Shown here piece after piece: positions 9,546-19,128 of a stretch of 64,000 bases of DNA. The position numbers and the translations under genes were made by a program. Source of the DNA: Promethearchaeota archaeon (lineage in GTDB: Archaea > Asgardarchaeota > Lokiarchaeia > Sigyniarchaeales > SOKP01). The stretch is from the NCBI GenBank assembly GCA_048939995.1, contig JBHLOY010000006.1, forward strand, positions 96,001 through 160,000, in the 5' to 3' direction. The number at the start of each line of letters is the position of its first letter. Within the stretch, counting starts at the first letter, position 1. Under the pieces are notes generated by a model. It saw only the letters and a list, made by a program, of their open reading frames with translations, did no database searches and was not told where the DNA came from.

Positions 9546-11318
9546 ATGAAAAAAATATCATTTTTTAGTACCTTAATATTTGTAGCCCTAATATTTGGAA
9601 ATAATTTGTCTCAAGTCAAACTCAATACGTCAAAGCCAGAAAGTTATTCTCCAGATGTTGATTATAATGGAATTTACGTTTATAATGTTACTGATTTTGG
9701 GGGGATTTCAAGTTGGTATAATTTTACTCCATCTCCAGCGGATTCTTTTGAAGGAAATTTTAAAACGAATCCATCAGGACAAATTAAAATCAATTTTACT
9801 GGATTTTTTAACAAAGATCCTAACGATTGGGGGAATATCTTTATGAATCCGATTCCTTGGATGAATATTGAAATACTTGAGAATGATTTAGGTATTGTAA
9901 GAACGAACCTTACCCTTACAAATCGTTCTAGTAGTGAGGTAGCTTATAATCTAATATTAGGATTTAACCAGTTTCAGCCAGGCTTTTTAATTCCGATTAA
10001 TAACATGACTTATATTAAACAAATAGCTCAAGAACAAGTAATAGGATACTTCTCAGGTGAACTTAAATCTGAAGAATCTTATCACTTCCTTTATATAAGT
10101 TATGAACAATCAGGTGGAACCCAAAGGACATATCTTAAATATGATAAGTTAACTGGTTTATTAGTATGGGCTAAAACTAGTGTTGGAAATTATAGACTTG
10201 AAATCACTTCCGTTAATTTCACTCTGAGTGAGGAACGCGTATATAATTATATTGTAGATAATTTTGGTGGAGTCTCTAGTTGGTATAATTTCACTCCATG
10301 GCCAGAAGATTCTTTTGAGGGTAATTTTAAAACAAATCCTTATGGTTTATTAACTATCAATTTTACTGGTTTGTTTAACAAGGATATAAATGATTGGGGG
10401 AATATTTTTAAAAATCCAATTCCATGGTTAAGTATTAAGATTTTTGAGAATATTTCAAACATTCTTGTCTCAAATTTCACCCTATTTAATAGATCAAACA
10501 GCGAAATTGCTTATAACTTGATACTTGGTTATAATACATTTCAACCAGGATTTCGAATAGTTATGATAGATAATCTCACTGGAGTTAAGCAATTAGCTTT
10601 TCAAGAAGCCTTTGGATTTATTTCTGGTAATGTGGAAATTCAAGAGACAGATTTAACCCTAAAAATACAATTCAATCAAATTGGTGGTGCTCAAAAAACC
10701 TCCCTAATTTATGAAAAACAAACAGGATTACTATTATGGGCAGATACATCAATAGGTAACTATTTACTTGAGATAAAAATTCAAGGTTATCACCCATGGT
10801 CTCGCATTATACCTTCCAGTGTCCAAATTGATTTACTACTAGAGGTTTTTCCATATCTTTTGGTTATCTCTATAAGCGGTATTTTAGCAGTATCATCAAT
10901 ATTATGGTCTAAATTTAATCCCAAATACAGAAAAATTAATAAATTTGCCCTTATCGCGATTTTAGGGGTTGCAAGTTTCACTTCATTATTCATTTACATT
11001 TCTAATTTTTCTGTTGGTACTATTAATGAACCCAAACAAGAAGTATATGATATTACTTTAGTAGTTGATTATGGTAATGGTACATTAATCACGGTAGATA
11101 ATATGAACTTAATTAATTATAAAACAACCGCTTTTGATGCTTTAAATTATAGTTGTAACGTACTTTATAAAGATTATGGAGAAATGGGATATCTTGTGGA
11201 AGCTGTGAATGGAACTTATGGAAATTGGTTATTTTATGTAAATGATGAGTATATTGTAGCTGCTGCAAATTTTTATAATCTTGATAATGGAGATGTAGTA
11301 AAATGGGTACTAAGTTAA
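9546..11318 (+). CDS. Membrane-anchored protein with two tandem ~185-aa repeats and a C-terminal DUF4430/transcobalamin-like domain
   Basis: Signal peptide; duplicated YNxxxxFGGxSSWYNFTP...FEGNFKTNP unit; two TM helices; TAFDAL...GYLVEAVNG...WLFYVN...LDNGDVVKW. Confidence 0.7.
   Translation: MKKISFFSTLIFVALIFGNNLSQVKLNTSKPESYSPDVDYNGIYVYNVTDFGGISSWYNFTPSPADSFEGNFKTNPSGQIKINFTGFFNKDPNDWGNIFMNPIPWMNIEILENDLGIVRTNLTLTNRSSSEVAYNLILGFNQFQPGFLIPINNMTYIKQIAQEQVIGYFSGELKSEESYHFLYISYEQSGGTQRTYLKYDKLTGLLVWAKTSVGNYRLEITSVNFTLSEERVYNYIVDNFGGVSSWYNFTPWPEDSFEGNFKTNPYGLLTINFTGLFNKDINDWGNIFKNPIPWLSIKIFENISNILVSNFTLFNRSNSEIAYNLILGYNTFQPGFRIVMIDNLTGVKQLAFQEAFGFISGNVEIQETDLTLKIQFNQIGGAQKTSLIYEKQTGLLLWADTSIGNYLLEIKIQGYHPWSRIIPSSVQIDLLLEVFPYLLVISISGILAVSSILWSKFNPKYRKINKFALIAILGVASFTSLFIYISNFSVGTINEPKQEVYDITLVVDYGNGTLITVDNMNLINYKTTAFDALNYSCNVLYKDYGEMGYLVEAVNGTYGNWLFYVNDEYIVAAANFYNLDNGDVVKWVLS
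9676..10790 (+). repeat. Intragenic tandem duplication (two copies of about 560 nt)
   Basis: Near-identical blocks such as AGTTGGTATAATTT.ACTCCAT and GATTGGGGGAATAT at about 9711/10278 and 9825/10392. Boundaries are approximate. Confidence 0.85.
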
Positions 11319-11335
11319 TCTTAGCCCATCGAATG

Positions 11336-11770
11336 TTATGATTTTCTATAAGAAGTCTGTATTTTCTTAAGAGTAGGCTCCATTTCCTTAAAGGATTTTC
11401 GAATTTTATGAAAATAATAACCTAATTTATATCCTTTTTTACAATTAGTAAAGAGCATGAAATTATTATCCGCATCTCCCACAATAATAATAGTATATCC
11501 CTTTACCCCCCTAATCACAATTTCTCGTAATTCTCCTTGGCCTAAGCCAGAACTTATTTTTTCTCCCAAGGAAATTAATGTTGCAGGACTTGCGCTGTAT
11601 ACATCAGCAACTATATCTGCTGTTTCAGAACTAGCAATTCTTAATCCTGTTTTAGATACCAAAGCAGTACCCTCAAGGTCAGTTGAGCTCTCCAAATGCT
11701 CTAAGTTGCGCATAAGTTCATCTAAAATTTCTTGATCAATCTCAATTTCAGTAGCAGGGATATGTTCCAT
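11336..11770 (-). CDS. Roadblock/LC7 domain protein
   Basis: LEGTALVSKTGLRIASS...LGQGELREIVIRGVKGYTII pattern of the Roadblock/MglB family. Confidence 0.85.
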   Translation of the reverse strand: MEHIPATEIEIDQEILDELMRNLEHLESSTDLEGTALVSKTGLRIASSETADIVADVYSASPATLISLGEKISSGLGQGELREIVIRGVKGYTIIIVGDADNNFMLFTNCKKGYKLGYYFHKIRKSFKEMEPTLKKIQTSYRKS

Positions 11771-11797
11771 TATTATAACCTCACTTAATAATATAAA

Positions 11798-13240
11798 TTA
11801 ATTTTGAGAATTTAAATCTTTTTTAGATTTTAATTTATAACTTCTAAGTTCCCTTAAAATGACATAATCACCTTTTTTCACAATAATTTGACTATTTTCA
11901 AGTCCCACAATTACTGCTCCTTTAGTTCCAAATGGACTAATTATTTTAGTGAAAGGCTTCTCTAATCTACGACCGACGATCTTTTTGGCACCAGTTAAAC
12001 TTTGGGCTAAGCCAGTACAAATTATACCTTGAGAGTGCGATGGATTTTGTATAATTCCCTTTTTTACTTTATATCTATAGATTATAGGTGATTCCTTGAA
12101 TGTTTTAATCAATTTAGCTGAGCCTAGTACCCTTAAAGTAGTTGGAGGTAGATCTAAGCGGCTTAATAATATTGTAGCTTTTTCCTTCCTAAATAGAATG
12201 TTCTCATTGAAACATAGAAAAGCTTTGAAAGTTATAAAATCATTAGTTGCATTCATTTGAATCTTTTTTCCATTAGATTCAATAAAAGGATAAATATAAC
12301 CTGTTGATGTGAACATTCCTATAGTGATATGTACTTGTGTGCCAAAATGAGTTTCTGCTTTAAATATTTTATTTTTTTTCACCTCAACTTCAATTATATC
12401 AGAATATTCAAACGCATCCTTATTGTCAGTTGCATAACAACCTCTAAAGACATTTTTAGCATCTATGCCTTTAATATTAATACCTACTCTATCACCAGCT
12501 TTCGCATTGTTAACTGTTTGATGAAATATTTGAATTGATTTTACTTTACCAGAGAACCCCACAGGCATTATGTATATTGTTTGATTTAAACCTATTTTGC
12601 CTTGTAAAATCGTGCCAGTTATTATTGTTCCTCTTCCTTTTATAGAAAAATGATGATCAATCGGAATTATTATGTCTCCTTCAAATTCCCTTTGTATCTT
12701 TAAACCTTTTACTTTATCTAAAATCCCTTCTTTTAATTCCCGAAATCCTATTACCTTTTTCGCAGATACAGCGAAGATAGGCACTTTGGATCCAAAACTG
12801 GTTGATTGAAAAAAGGCTCTGGTTTTCTTAATTTCGTGATTTATATCACCATTAAATATATCTGTTTTATTTAATACGACTATAACGTCCTTAATATTTA
12901 ATGATTCTATCATAATAATATGTTCACCGGTTTGAATTTGTGGACCTTTATTGATATCAATTACAATTATTGCACAATCAATTATTTCTACTGAAGAAGC
13001 ACTTATTCTGATTAAGTCTGCATGACCAGGACCATCAACTAAGGTAATAATATACTTATCTAACACAAAACTTGTAAATCCTAAATCAATAGTTATACCT
13101 CTTTCCTTACTTTGTGGATGCGCATCAATACCTGCAGTTGAGATAATTTCACTAAGAACTGCAGCTAAAGCTGTCTTACCACTATCTATATGCCCGTATA
13201 ACCCAATATGAATGGGAATTAAGTTCTTAAAATCAATCAA
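11798..13240 (-). CDS. selB: Selenocysteine-specific elongation factor SelB/EFsec
   Basis: GHIDSGKT, PQSKERGITIDLGFTSF, DGPGHADL, NKTD and IDHHFSIKGRGT; lies close to tRNA-Sec and SepSecS. Confidence 0.93.
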   Translation of the reverse strand: MIDFKNLIPIHIGLYGHIDSGKTALAAVLSEIISTAGIDAHPQSKERGITIDLGFTSFVLDKYIITLVDGPGHADLIRISASSVEIIDCAIIVIDINKGPQIQTGEHIIMIESLNIKDVIVVLNKTDIFNGDINHEIKKTRAFFQSTSFGSKVPIFAVSAKKVIGFRELKEGILDKVKGLKIQREFEGDIIIPIDHHFSIKGRGTIITGTILQGKIGLNQTIYIMPVGFSGKVKSIQIFHQTVNNAKAGDRVGINIKGIDAKNVFRGCYATDNKDAFEYSDIIEVEVKKNKIFKAETHFGTQVHITIGMFTSTGYIYPFIESNGKKIQMNATNDFITFKAFLCFNENILFRKEKATILLSRLDLPPTTLRVLGSAKLIKTFKESPIIYRYKVKKGIIQNPSHSQGIICTGLAQSLTGAKKIVGRRLEKPFTKIISPFGTKGAVIVGLENSQIIVKKGDYVILRELRSYKLKSKKDLNSQN

Positions 13241-13383
13241 GAGTATAATTGTAACTTTCTTTTTATCCTAAAAGAGGAAATTAAAAAATTCTCAATTATT
13301 TTTCTAAATATTGGACTCCAATAAAATTTAATTAAAAGGATTTTAATTTTATTATAATATCTATAATATATTAAAAAAGAAAG

Positions 13384-14259
13384 TTGTGGAAAATGCCCCG
13401 TTATTGTGTCTATTGTGGTAATCCATTGAAACCTACTGATAAATATTGCATTATATGCGGTAAACCTGTTTTGAGTGATGTTCAGAAACCCAAGGCAAAA
13501 GAAGTTCAAAAACCTAAAGATGTTATAAAAGAAAAAGTAAAAGAACTCCGAGGAAATCAAAAATCGCTTGAGATCGAAATTGAAGAGGAACCGAAAGAAG
13601 TTGAAATCAAAAAAGAAAAGAAGAAAAAGGCTAAAGGTGAAGGAATAGTAGAAAAACCTTTGCCATTTGATGTTAAAGAGCAGATGATCCTTTATATTGA
13701 GTATGAGGATATACAGTTGAATAAAAAATTACTTGCAGAAAAATTAAAAGAGATCCAAAAATCTTTGAACGACCCTCGTTATGATGTAGAGGAGGAATTT
13801 AAGAAATCAATTAATGTTAAAATTGATGCAATAAAAACTCTCATCAATGAACTTAAACGAAAAGAGACTGAAGTCAAAGAAAAAATGGAACAACCATTTA
13901 TAGTTCAAAGGATTAAAGATGATATTGATAAAAGAGTTTTTCAATTAAAAAATTTAACTCAAGAATTCAAATTACGGAAAATAGATAAAGAAACTTTTGA
14001 ACAATTAAAAGAGAAATACAAAGAAGAGAGAGCAGACTTTGAGGAAGAACGGGAGGATCTAATTGCTGGTATGAAATTATGGATCAAAGAATTAAAAATG
14101 GAAAAGTCTGAAATAAGGGCTGAAAGAAATCTCAATAAGGGGAGATTTTCTTCAAAAGAAATTAGTGAAGAAGATTATAAAGAAAAAGATAAAGCATTTG
14201 ATATAAAACTAAAAAAAATTGATGTGAAGATTAATACATTAGAAAAACTTGTAGAATAA
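13384..14259 (+). CDS. Zinc-ribbon plus long coiled-coil protein
   Basis: N-terminal CVYCG...YCIICG, then charged heptads with two (K/G)EI(D/S)xExF/Y-type helical hairpins. Confidence 0.7.
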   Translation: MWKMPRYCVYCGNPLKPTDKYCIICGKPVLSDVQKPKAKEVQKPKDVIKEKVKELRGNQKSLEIEIEEEPKEVEIKKEKKKKAKGEGIVEKPLPFDVKEQMILYIEYEDIQLNKKLLAEKLKEIQKSLNDPRYDVEEEFKKSINVKIDAIKTLINELKRKETEVKEKMEQPFIVQRIKDDIDKRVFQLKNLTQEFKLRKIDKETFEQLKEKYKEERADFEEEREDLIAGMKLWIKELKMEKSEIRAERNLNKGRFSSKEISEEDYKEKDKAFDIKLKKIDVKINTLEKLVE

Positions 14260-14300
14260 CTAAATTTTATATTAATTCTAACATAATTATTATCGATCTT

Positions 14301-14426
14301 ATGAGGAAAATTTTAATTGGTTTTGTAATATTTTTGGTAGCTTTATCATTTCTAACGATCGGAATTATTGAAGCTCAATATTCATTAATTAGTACATTTT
14401 ATGAAGAAATGATTCTCATACCTTAA
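14301..14426 (+). CDS. Putative 41-aa single-TM microprotein (not in ORF track)
   Basis: MRKILIGFVIFLVALSFLTIGIIEAQYSLISTFYEEMILIP*; fills the intergenic gap. Confidence 0.5.
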   Translation: MRKILIGFVIFLVALSFLTIGIIEAQYSLISTFYEEMILIP

Positions 14427-14438
14427 CCTTAATAAACT

Positions 14439-14741
14439 TTAATCATATCTCTTTATTTTTCCCGAAGAAATAGAATCTTCTAAAAATCCTTTTTTTTGGT
14501 ATAACTTCTCTTGAGATCTCCGGAATTTATTTACATCCTTATAATGTTCTTTACAGAGAAAGATTTTTTTTTGTTTATTCTCTTTGTACTTCAGATCCGC
14601 TTTTTCTAAATACGATTTCCATTTACTTTCTGAGAGAGATCTTGTAGCTAACTCACTACAACCTATAACAGAACATCTTTTTCCTTTGTTTGTGGTACTA
14701 GTTAAATCTCTTTTTTCTCTGAGTTCTTTTGGGAGTTTCAA
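14439..14741 (-). CDS. Small basic zinc-finger (treble-clef-like) protein
   Basis: CSVIGC...LCKEHYK metal-binding pattern. Confidence 0.65.
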   Translation of the reverse strand: MKLPKELREKRDLTSTTNKGKRCSVIGCSELATRSLSESKWKSYLEKADLKYKENKQKKIFLCKEHYKDVNKFRRSQEKLYQKKGFLEDSISSGKIKRYD

Positions 14742-14826
14742 TTTTAAACATCTCCAAAAAAATTTTATTAGGATTGAATATTATGTTTTTTAATTAACTA
14801 ACATCTTAAAATCTTTTCAAAAACTA

Positions 14827-15558
14827 ATGGATAATTTAAATTTAATTTTCAATGAGACTCTTGTAAGAAAGAAAATTTCTGATTGTGATTCTCCTTTAAG
14901 GATTTCTCTAAAAGATACTTTTTTTACAAGTTCCGCTGTTATATTTTCTATAATTCAATATGACAATAAACCTTTTGAATTAATTCTAATACATCGTACT
15001 GAAAGAGGTTCAAGGCATCGAGGAGAAATATCTTTTCCAGGGGGCAAATTTGAACCCGATAAAGATAAAAACCTGAGAGATACAGCCCTAAGGGAAACAG
15101 AAGAGGAAATAGGAGTTCCAAGAGATAAAATAAAAATTATTGGTTGTCTTGACGATTTTCCGACAATGACAAAGTATATAATAACACCTTTTATTGCAAT
15201 TATTGACAAAAATCAGAAATTGGTAAAAGATGATCGCGAAGTTCAGAGTATCTTGAAAATTCCTATTGATTTCTTTATTCTAAAAAAAAATTTTAAAGAA
15301 CAAGCAATTAGCATTGAAAATAAAAAGTTTCCTATTTTTTATTTTAATTATTTCGATCCTACAAGTAAAAAAAATTATACAATTTGGGGGGCTACAGCCT
15401 ATATGATATCAAATTTTATTGAAAAAATATATGATTACAATATGTCAGAATTAGGATTAAATCGATTTAAACTTGAAAAAATTAAGCAATTAAAAGAATA
15501 TATTAAATATAGGAATCAAATTGTTAACAAGTTTAAAGTTACAAATGATAGGAGTTAA
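14827..15558 (+). CDS. Nudix CoA pyrophosphatase (NUDT7/8-like)
   Basis: HRGEISFPGG, Nudix box TALRETEEEIG, IWGATA. Confidence 0.9.
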   Translation: MDNLNLIFNETLVRKKISDCDSPLRISLKDTFFTSSAVIFSIIQYDNKPFELILIHRTERGSRHRGEISFPGGKFEPDKDKNLRDTALRETEEEIGVPRDKIKIIGCLDDFPTMTKYIITPFIAIIDKNQKLVKDDREVQSILKIPIDFFILKKNFKEQAISIENKKFPIFYFNYFDPTSKKNYTIWGATAYMISNFIEKIYDYNMSELGLNRFKLEKIKQLKEYIKYRNQIVNKFKVTNDRS

Positions 15559-15561
15559 CCA

Positions 15562-16242
15562 GTGAACTATAACGATTTCAGATTTCATGGGGATTTGGTT
15601 AGAAGCAAATTAAAAGATTTTAACTCACCGAAAAGACTTAAAATGCAACAAACACCATTTGTCAATTCAGCTGTATTGCTTTTAATTCAACCAATTGAAG
15701 AGAAACCATATAATATTGTTATGATACGCCGTACAAAAAGAATGAACGATAAGCATTCAGGTGAAATGTCTTTTCCCGGAGGAAAATTCGATGCTAATTC
15801 TGATCACACCTTATTAGATACTGCTCTAAGGGAAGTTAATGAAGAAATAGGAATCTCTCGACAGAATATAATTATCTTAGGGTGCATAGATGATCATCTT
15901 ACTCCTAAAGGATATATTATAACCCCTTTTGTTGGATATGTGGTCAAAGAACTTGACTTTGTTAAACAAAAAGAAGAAGTTAATGAGATTGTAAAAATTC
16001 CAATCAATTTCTTCGCAAATAAGAATAATTATAAGGAAAAAACTTATAATATAAAGGGAGATCAAATTGCCGTCGGTAAATTTAAATATAGGGCACCGAA
16101 TGGCAGATTGTATGTTATTTTTGGTGCAACATCTCATATTATTGTTAACTATATAGATAGCGTATATAATGTAGGTTTGATGACCCCTGGAAGTAGAAGA
16201 ATAAAATGCAACGATATAGTAGATAAAATAATTAGGAATTAG
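15562..16242 (+). CDS. Nudix CoA pyrophosphatase, tandem paralog
   Basis: HSGEMSFPGG, TALREVNEEIG, IFGATS. Confidence 0.9.
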   Translation: MNYNDFRFHGDLVRSKLKDFNSPKRLKMQQTPFVNSAVLLLIQPIEEKPYNIVMIRRTKRMNDKHSGEMSFPGGKFDANSDHTLLDTALREVNEEIGISRQNIIILGCIDDHLTPKGYIITPFVGYVVKELDFVKQKEEVNEIVKIPINFFANKNNYKEKTYNIKGDQIAVGKFKYRAPNGRLYVIFGATSHIIVNYIDSVYNVGLMTPGSRRIKCNDIVDKIIRN

Positions 16243-16256
16243 AATTAAGAAATCTA

Positions 16257-17291
16257 TTAATAACTTATTCGAGGATCTAACATGCCATATATCACATCTG
16301 TAACTAGATTAATAAGAACATAAGAAATTGTGATAAAAAATACTATCCCATTTAATACCCAATAATCACTAAGTGCAATTGATGCTGTTAATAAATCTCC
16401 TACGCCAATAAAATTGAAAGTGACTTCTGTAAGAACTGCACCAGTAAAAAGACCACCAAGATTTAATCCTACTACAGCTACTGTAGGTATTAACGCATTT
16501 TTCCGGGCATGAGTATATAACACGTTTTTTTCATCACAACCCTTAACTCTGGCAGTTCGTATATAATCTTCTTCTAGAATCTCCAACATACTTGAGCGAG
16601 TTTGTCTGGTAATATTTCCCAGCATATGGAAGGTTAAAACCAATACAGGTAAAATTAAATGATATAAATAATCTGAGATTATATAAAATTCCCCTGAAAT
16701 TAAAGCATCAATTATTCTAAAGCCAGTAACACGAGCAGGATCGGAATAACTATAATTCTTATACCCAGTTATAGGGAAAAGTTTTAAAATATAACCAAAA
16801 ACATATTGAAATATCAATCCTAAGAAAAATACTGGAATTGAAACTCCTAATAAGGAGAAACCTCTTACAAAGGTATCCTTTGCTTTATTTCTATGTTTTG
16901 CTGATATTATTCCTGTTTTAATTCCAAGTGGTATTGCTATAAGCATCGAAAAAACTGCTAAATCTACAGTTCGAGGAATTCTTTGACCTATTAAATCCCA
17001 TACAGGTACTCCTCGTACAACTGAAATAGAATATCCCCAATTGCCTGTAAATAAGTCTTTTAGGTATATAGCATACTGTTCCAATATCGGTTTATCAAGT
17101 CCAAGTAACCTAAGGGCTCGTTCATAATCCTCTGGAGAAATACCTCGTTCTAACTGCCCGAGATTAGCAACATATCCTAAAACAGGATCACCAGGCATAA
17201 GCCTCGATAGTATAAAAGTTAATGTTAAAGTCCCGAACAAAATTGGAATCAAAAATATTAATCTACGAGCTATATATCTAACTAAACTCAT
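16257..17291 (-). CDS. Peptide/nickel ABC transporter permease (DppB/OppB family)
   Basis: LMPGDP, LGLDKP, and EAA loop RSSMLEILEEDYIRTARVKG. Confidence 0.92.
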   Translation of the reverse strand: MSLVRYIARRLIFLIPILFGTLTLTFILSRLMPGDPVLGYVANLGQLERGISPEDYERALRLLGLDKPILEQYAIYLKDLFTGNWGYSISVVRGVPVWDLIGQRIPRTVDLAVFSMLIAIPLGIKTGIISAKHRNKAKDTFVRGFSLLGVSIPVFFLGLIFQYVFGYILKLFPITGYKNYSYSDPARVTGFRIIDALISGEFYIISDYLYHLILPVLVLTFHMLGNITRQTRSSMLEILEEDYIRTARVKGCDEKNVLYTHARKNALIPTVAVVGLNLGGLFTGAVLTEVTFNFIGVGDLLTASIALSDYWVLNGIVFFITISYVLINLVTDVIYGMLDPRISY

Positions 17292-17474
17292 TCAATTTTG
17301 GCTGAAATATAAATTTTTATAATTATAACTCAAAGAAGTAAACTTAAAAATTTAATCATTGAATTGATATGATATATATGTGAAATTGATTTTAAAAGAA
17401 TAGATTTTCTGTATTAAACAATAAACCATAAACCATAAATTTCTTTTAAAACCATCTACTTAATTATTTAAAGT

Positions 17475-17631
17475 GGCCCTAGACGGTCGGAATTGTTTTG
17501 AGATCATATCGATCTCCAACGATAAGTGGTCTCTGACACTGGGCTTCAAACCCAGTTATCCTGCGAAGGGATAGGAGTTCGATAACGGTTGGAAATTTAC
17601 TAATCTTCGAATATCTCCTCGAGGGCCGCCA
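17475..17631 (+). tRNA. selC: tRNA-Sec (anticodon UCA) with two BHB introns (17492-17525 and 17584-17613)
   Basis: 9-bp acceptor GGCCCTAGA/TCGAGGGCC (1 mismatch), discriminator G plus encoded CCA, 7-bp D stem after splicing, 6-bp anticodon stem ACTGGG-CTTCAAA-CCCAGT, long variable arm, 4-bp T stem (9/4 fold). Immediately upstream of SepSecS. Confidence 0.93.
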
Positions 17632-17655
17632 TTATATCATATTTATAAATATATT

Positions 17656-19032
17656 GTGTTTTCCATGGTTGATTTTAACAATATTATTGATTTATTCGAA
17701 GACTCAAATATTCCTAAAAACATGTTGAATAGGGGGCAACTTGTTTTAAACGAGTTTTTGAATCCAATAAAAATCCTATTTGAACAAAGATCCATTCCTA
17801 AAGAACCTTGGACCGAAGAACAAATAGAATTCTTTCTTCAAACTCTTTCAAATATGGATACAGATAAAGATAAGAATGCAGCTAGAGTTGGTGAAAGAGA
17901 GGCAAGAATAGCTTCAAAACTTCATTTAAAAACATCAGCAGGATTTTGCCATGGTGTGGGGAGAAGTGGCTTTTTAACAGCTGCTCAACCAAAAGCACCT
18001 GGAGGCTCAATCATGTATGAGCTTTCCAACTATTTGGCTCGGAATATCTTGAAAAAATCTGGATTATCAAATGTTTCAGATGCAATTGTAGTTCCAATGT
18101 GTACCGGAATGTCATTAGCTTTAACTTTAGGGGCTTTAAGGCCAGATGGGGGTGAAGAAGATTCGGATCTCAAAAGAACTGTATTAGTTCCTCAAGTTGA
18201 TCATAAATCGCTATTAAAATCGATTGACTTAATGGGTCTTAAGGCAAAAATTATTACAGGTAAAATTTTTGGAGACGCTGTAAGAATTCCTGTTGAAGAT
18301 ATAAAATCTAATTCGGATGAAGACTGTTTTGCTGTTATTTCAATAACCAGTTTTTTTCCACCTCGCGAACCAGATAACATAAAGGAAATTAGTAAATTTG
18401 CTAAGGAAAATGATCTTGTACATATTATCATTAATGCATATGGTGTTCAAAGCCCTGAATGGATGAAACTAATCCGATCAGCAATTGATGCTGGTAGAGT
18501 CGATGCAATAATTCAATCGACAGATAAAAATTTCCTGACTCCTGTTGGTGGGGCTCTGATTGCATCACCAATTAAGGATATCATTACTAAAATTAGTCAA
18601 TCTTATGCTGGACGTGCCTCCGCTACTCCGATAGTAAATTTCTTAATTTCAATGCTTTCATTAGGAATTAGTGGTTACCAGAAATTAATTGAAGAACAGC
18701 AACAAAATCGAAAAACTCTTGAAATAAAACTTAAAGAAGTTGCAGAAAAATTTGATGAAAGGATTCTTGATATTTATAATCCAGTAGCTGTTGCATTATC
18801 TTTAAGAAATTTAAAAAAAGATCAGTTATACGCTCTCGGAGGAGCTTTATATAATCTAAGAGTTACAGGCCCTAGAGTATATAACCCTGAAGAAAGTACC
18901 TTTGGAACTTGCTGTTCAAACTATACAACCCCTTATATTGTAATGAATGCTGCAATTGGGACAACTTCAAGCGATATCACTCTCGCTGTTGAAAGGTTTG
19001 AAAAAGCTTATGATCAAATTATTCAGAAGTAA
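17656..19032 (+). CDS. spcS: O-phosphoseryl-tRNA(Sec) selenium transferase SepSecS
   Basis: VGEREAR, HGVGRSG...QPKAPG, INAYG, and the PLP lysine motif QSTDKNF. Confidence 0.95.
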   Translation: MFSMVDFNNIIDLFEDSNIPKNMLNRGQLVLNEFLNPIKILFEQRSIPKEPWTEEQIEFFLQTLSNMDTDKDKNAARVGEREARIASKLHLKTSAGFCHGVGRSGFLTAAQPKAPGGSIMYELSNYLARNILKKSGLSNVSDAIVVPMCTGMSLALTLGALRPDGGEEDSDLKRTVLVPQVDHKSLLKSIDLMGLKAKIITGKIFGDAVRIPVEDIKSNSDEDCFAVISITSFFPPREPDNIKEISKFAKENDLVHIIINAYGVQSPEWMKLIRSAIDAGRVDAIIQSTDKNFLTPVGGALIASPIKDIITKISQSYAGRASATPIVNFLISMLSLGISGYQKLIEEQQQNRKTLEIKLKEVAEKFDERILDIYNPVAVALSLRNLKKDQLYALGGALYNLRVTGPRVYNPEESTFGTCCSNYTTPYIVMNAAIGTTSSDITLAVERFEKAYDQIIQK

Positions 19033-19128
19033 AATCAGTCAAATTATTTAATTCTTCTACCCAATTAATAAAAATAAATAAAAATAAATAGAACTATATA
19101 ATAATAAATACTATTAGGTTATCTAAAT

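Noticed and set aside
13237-13560. 107-aa minus-strand ORF upstream of selB
   Set aside because: It overlaps the divergent zinc-ribbon gene and the promoter region, and its F/I-rich composition is typical of AT-rich non-coding DNA.
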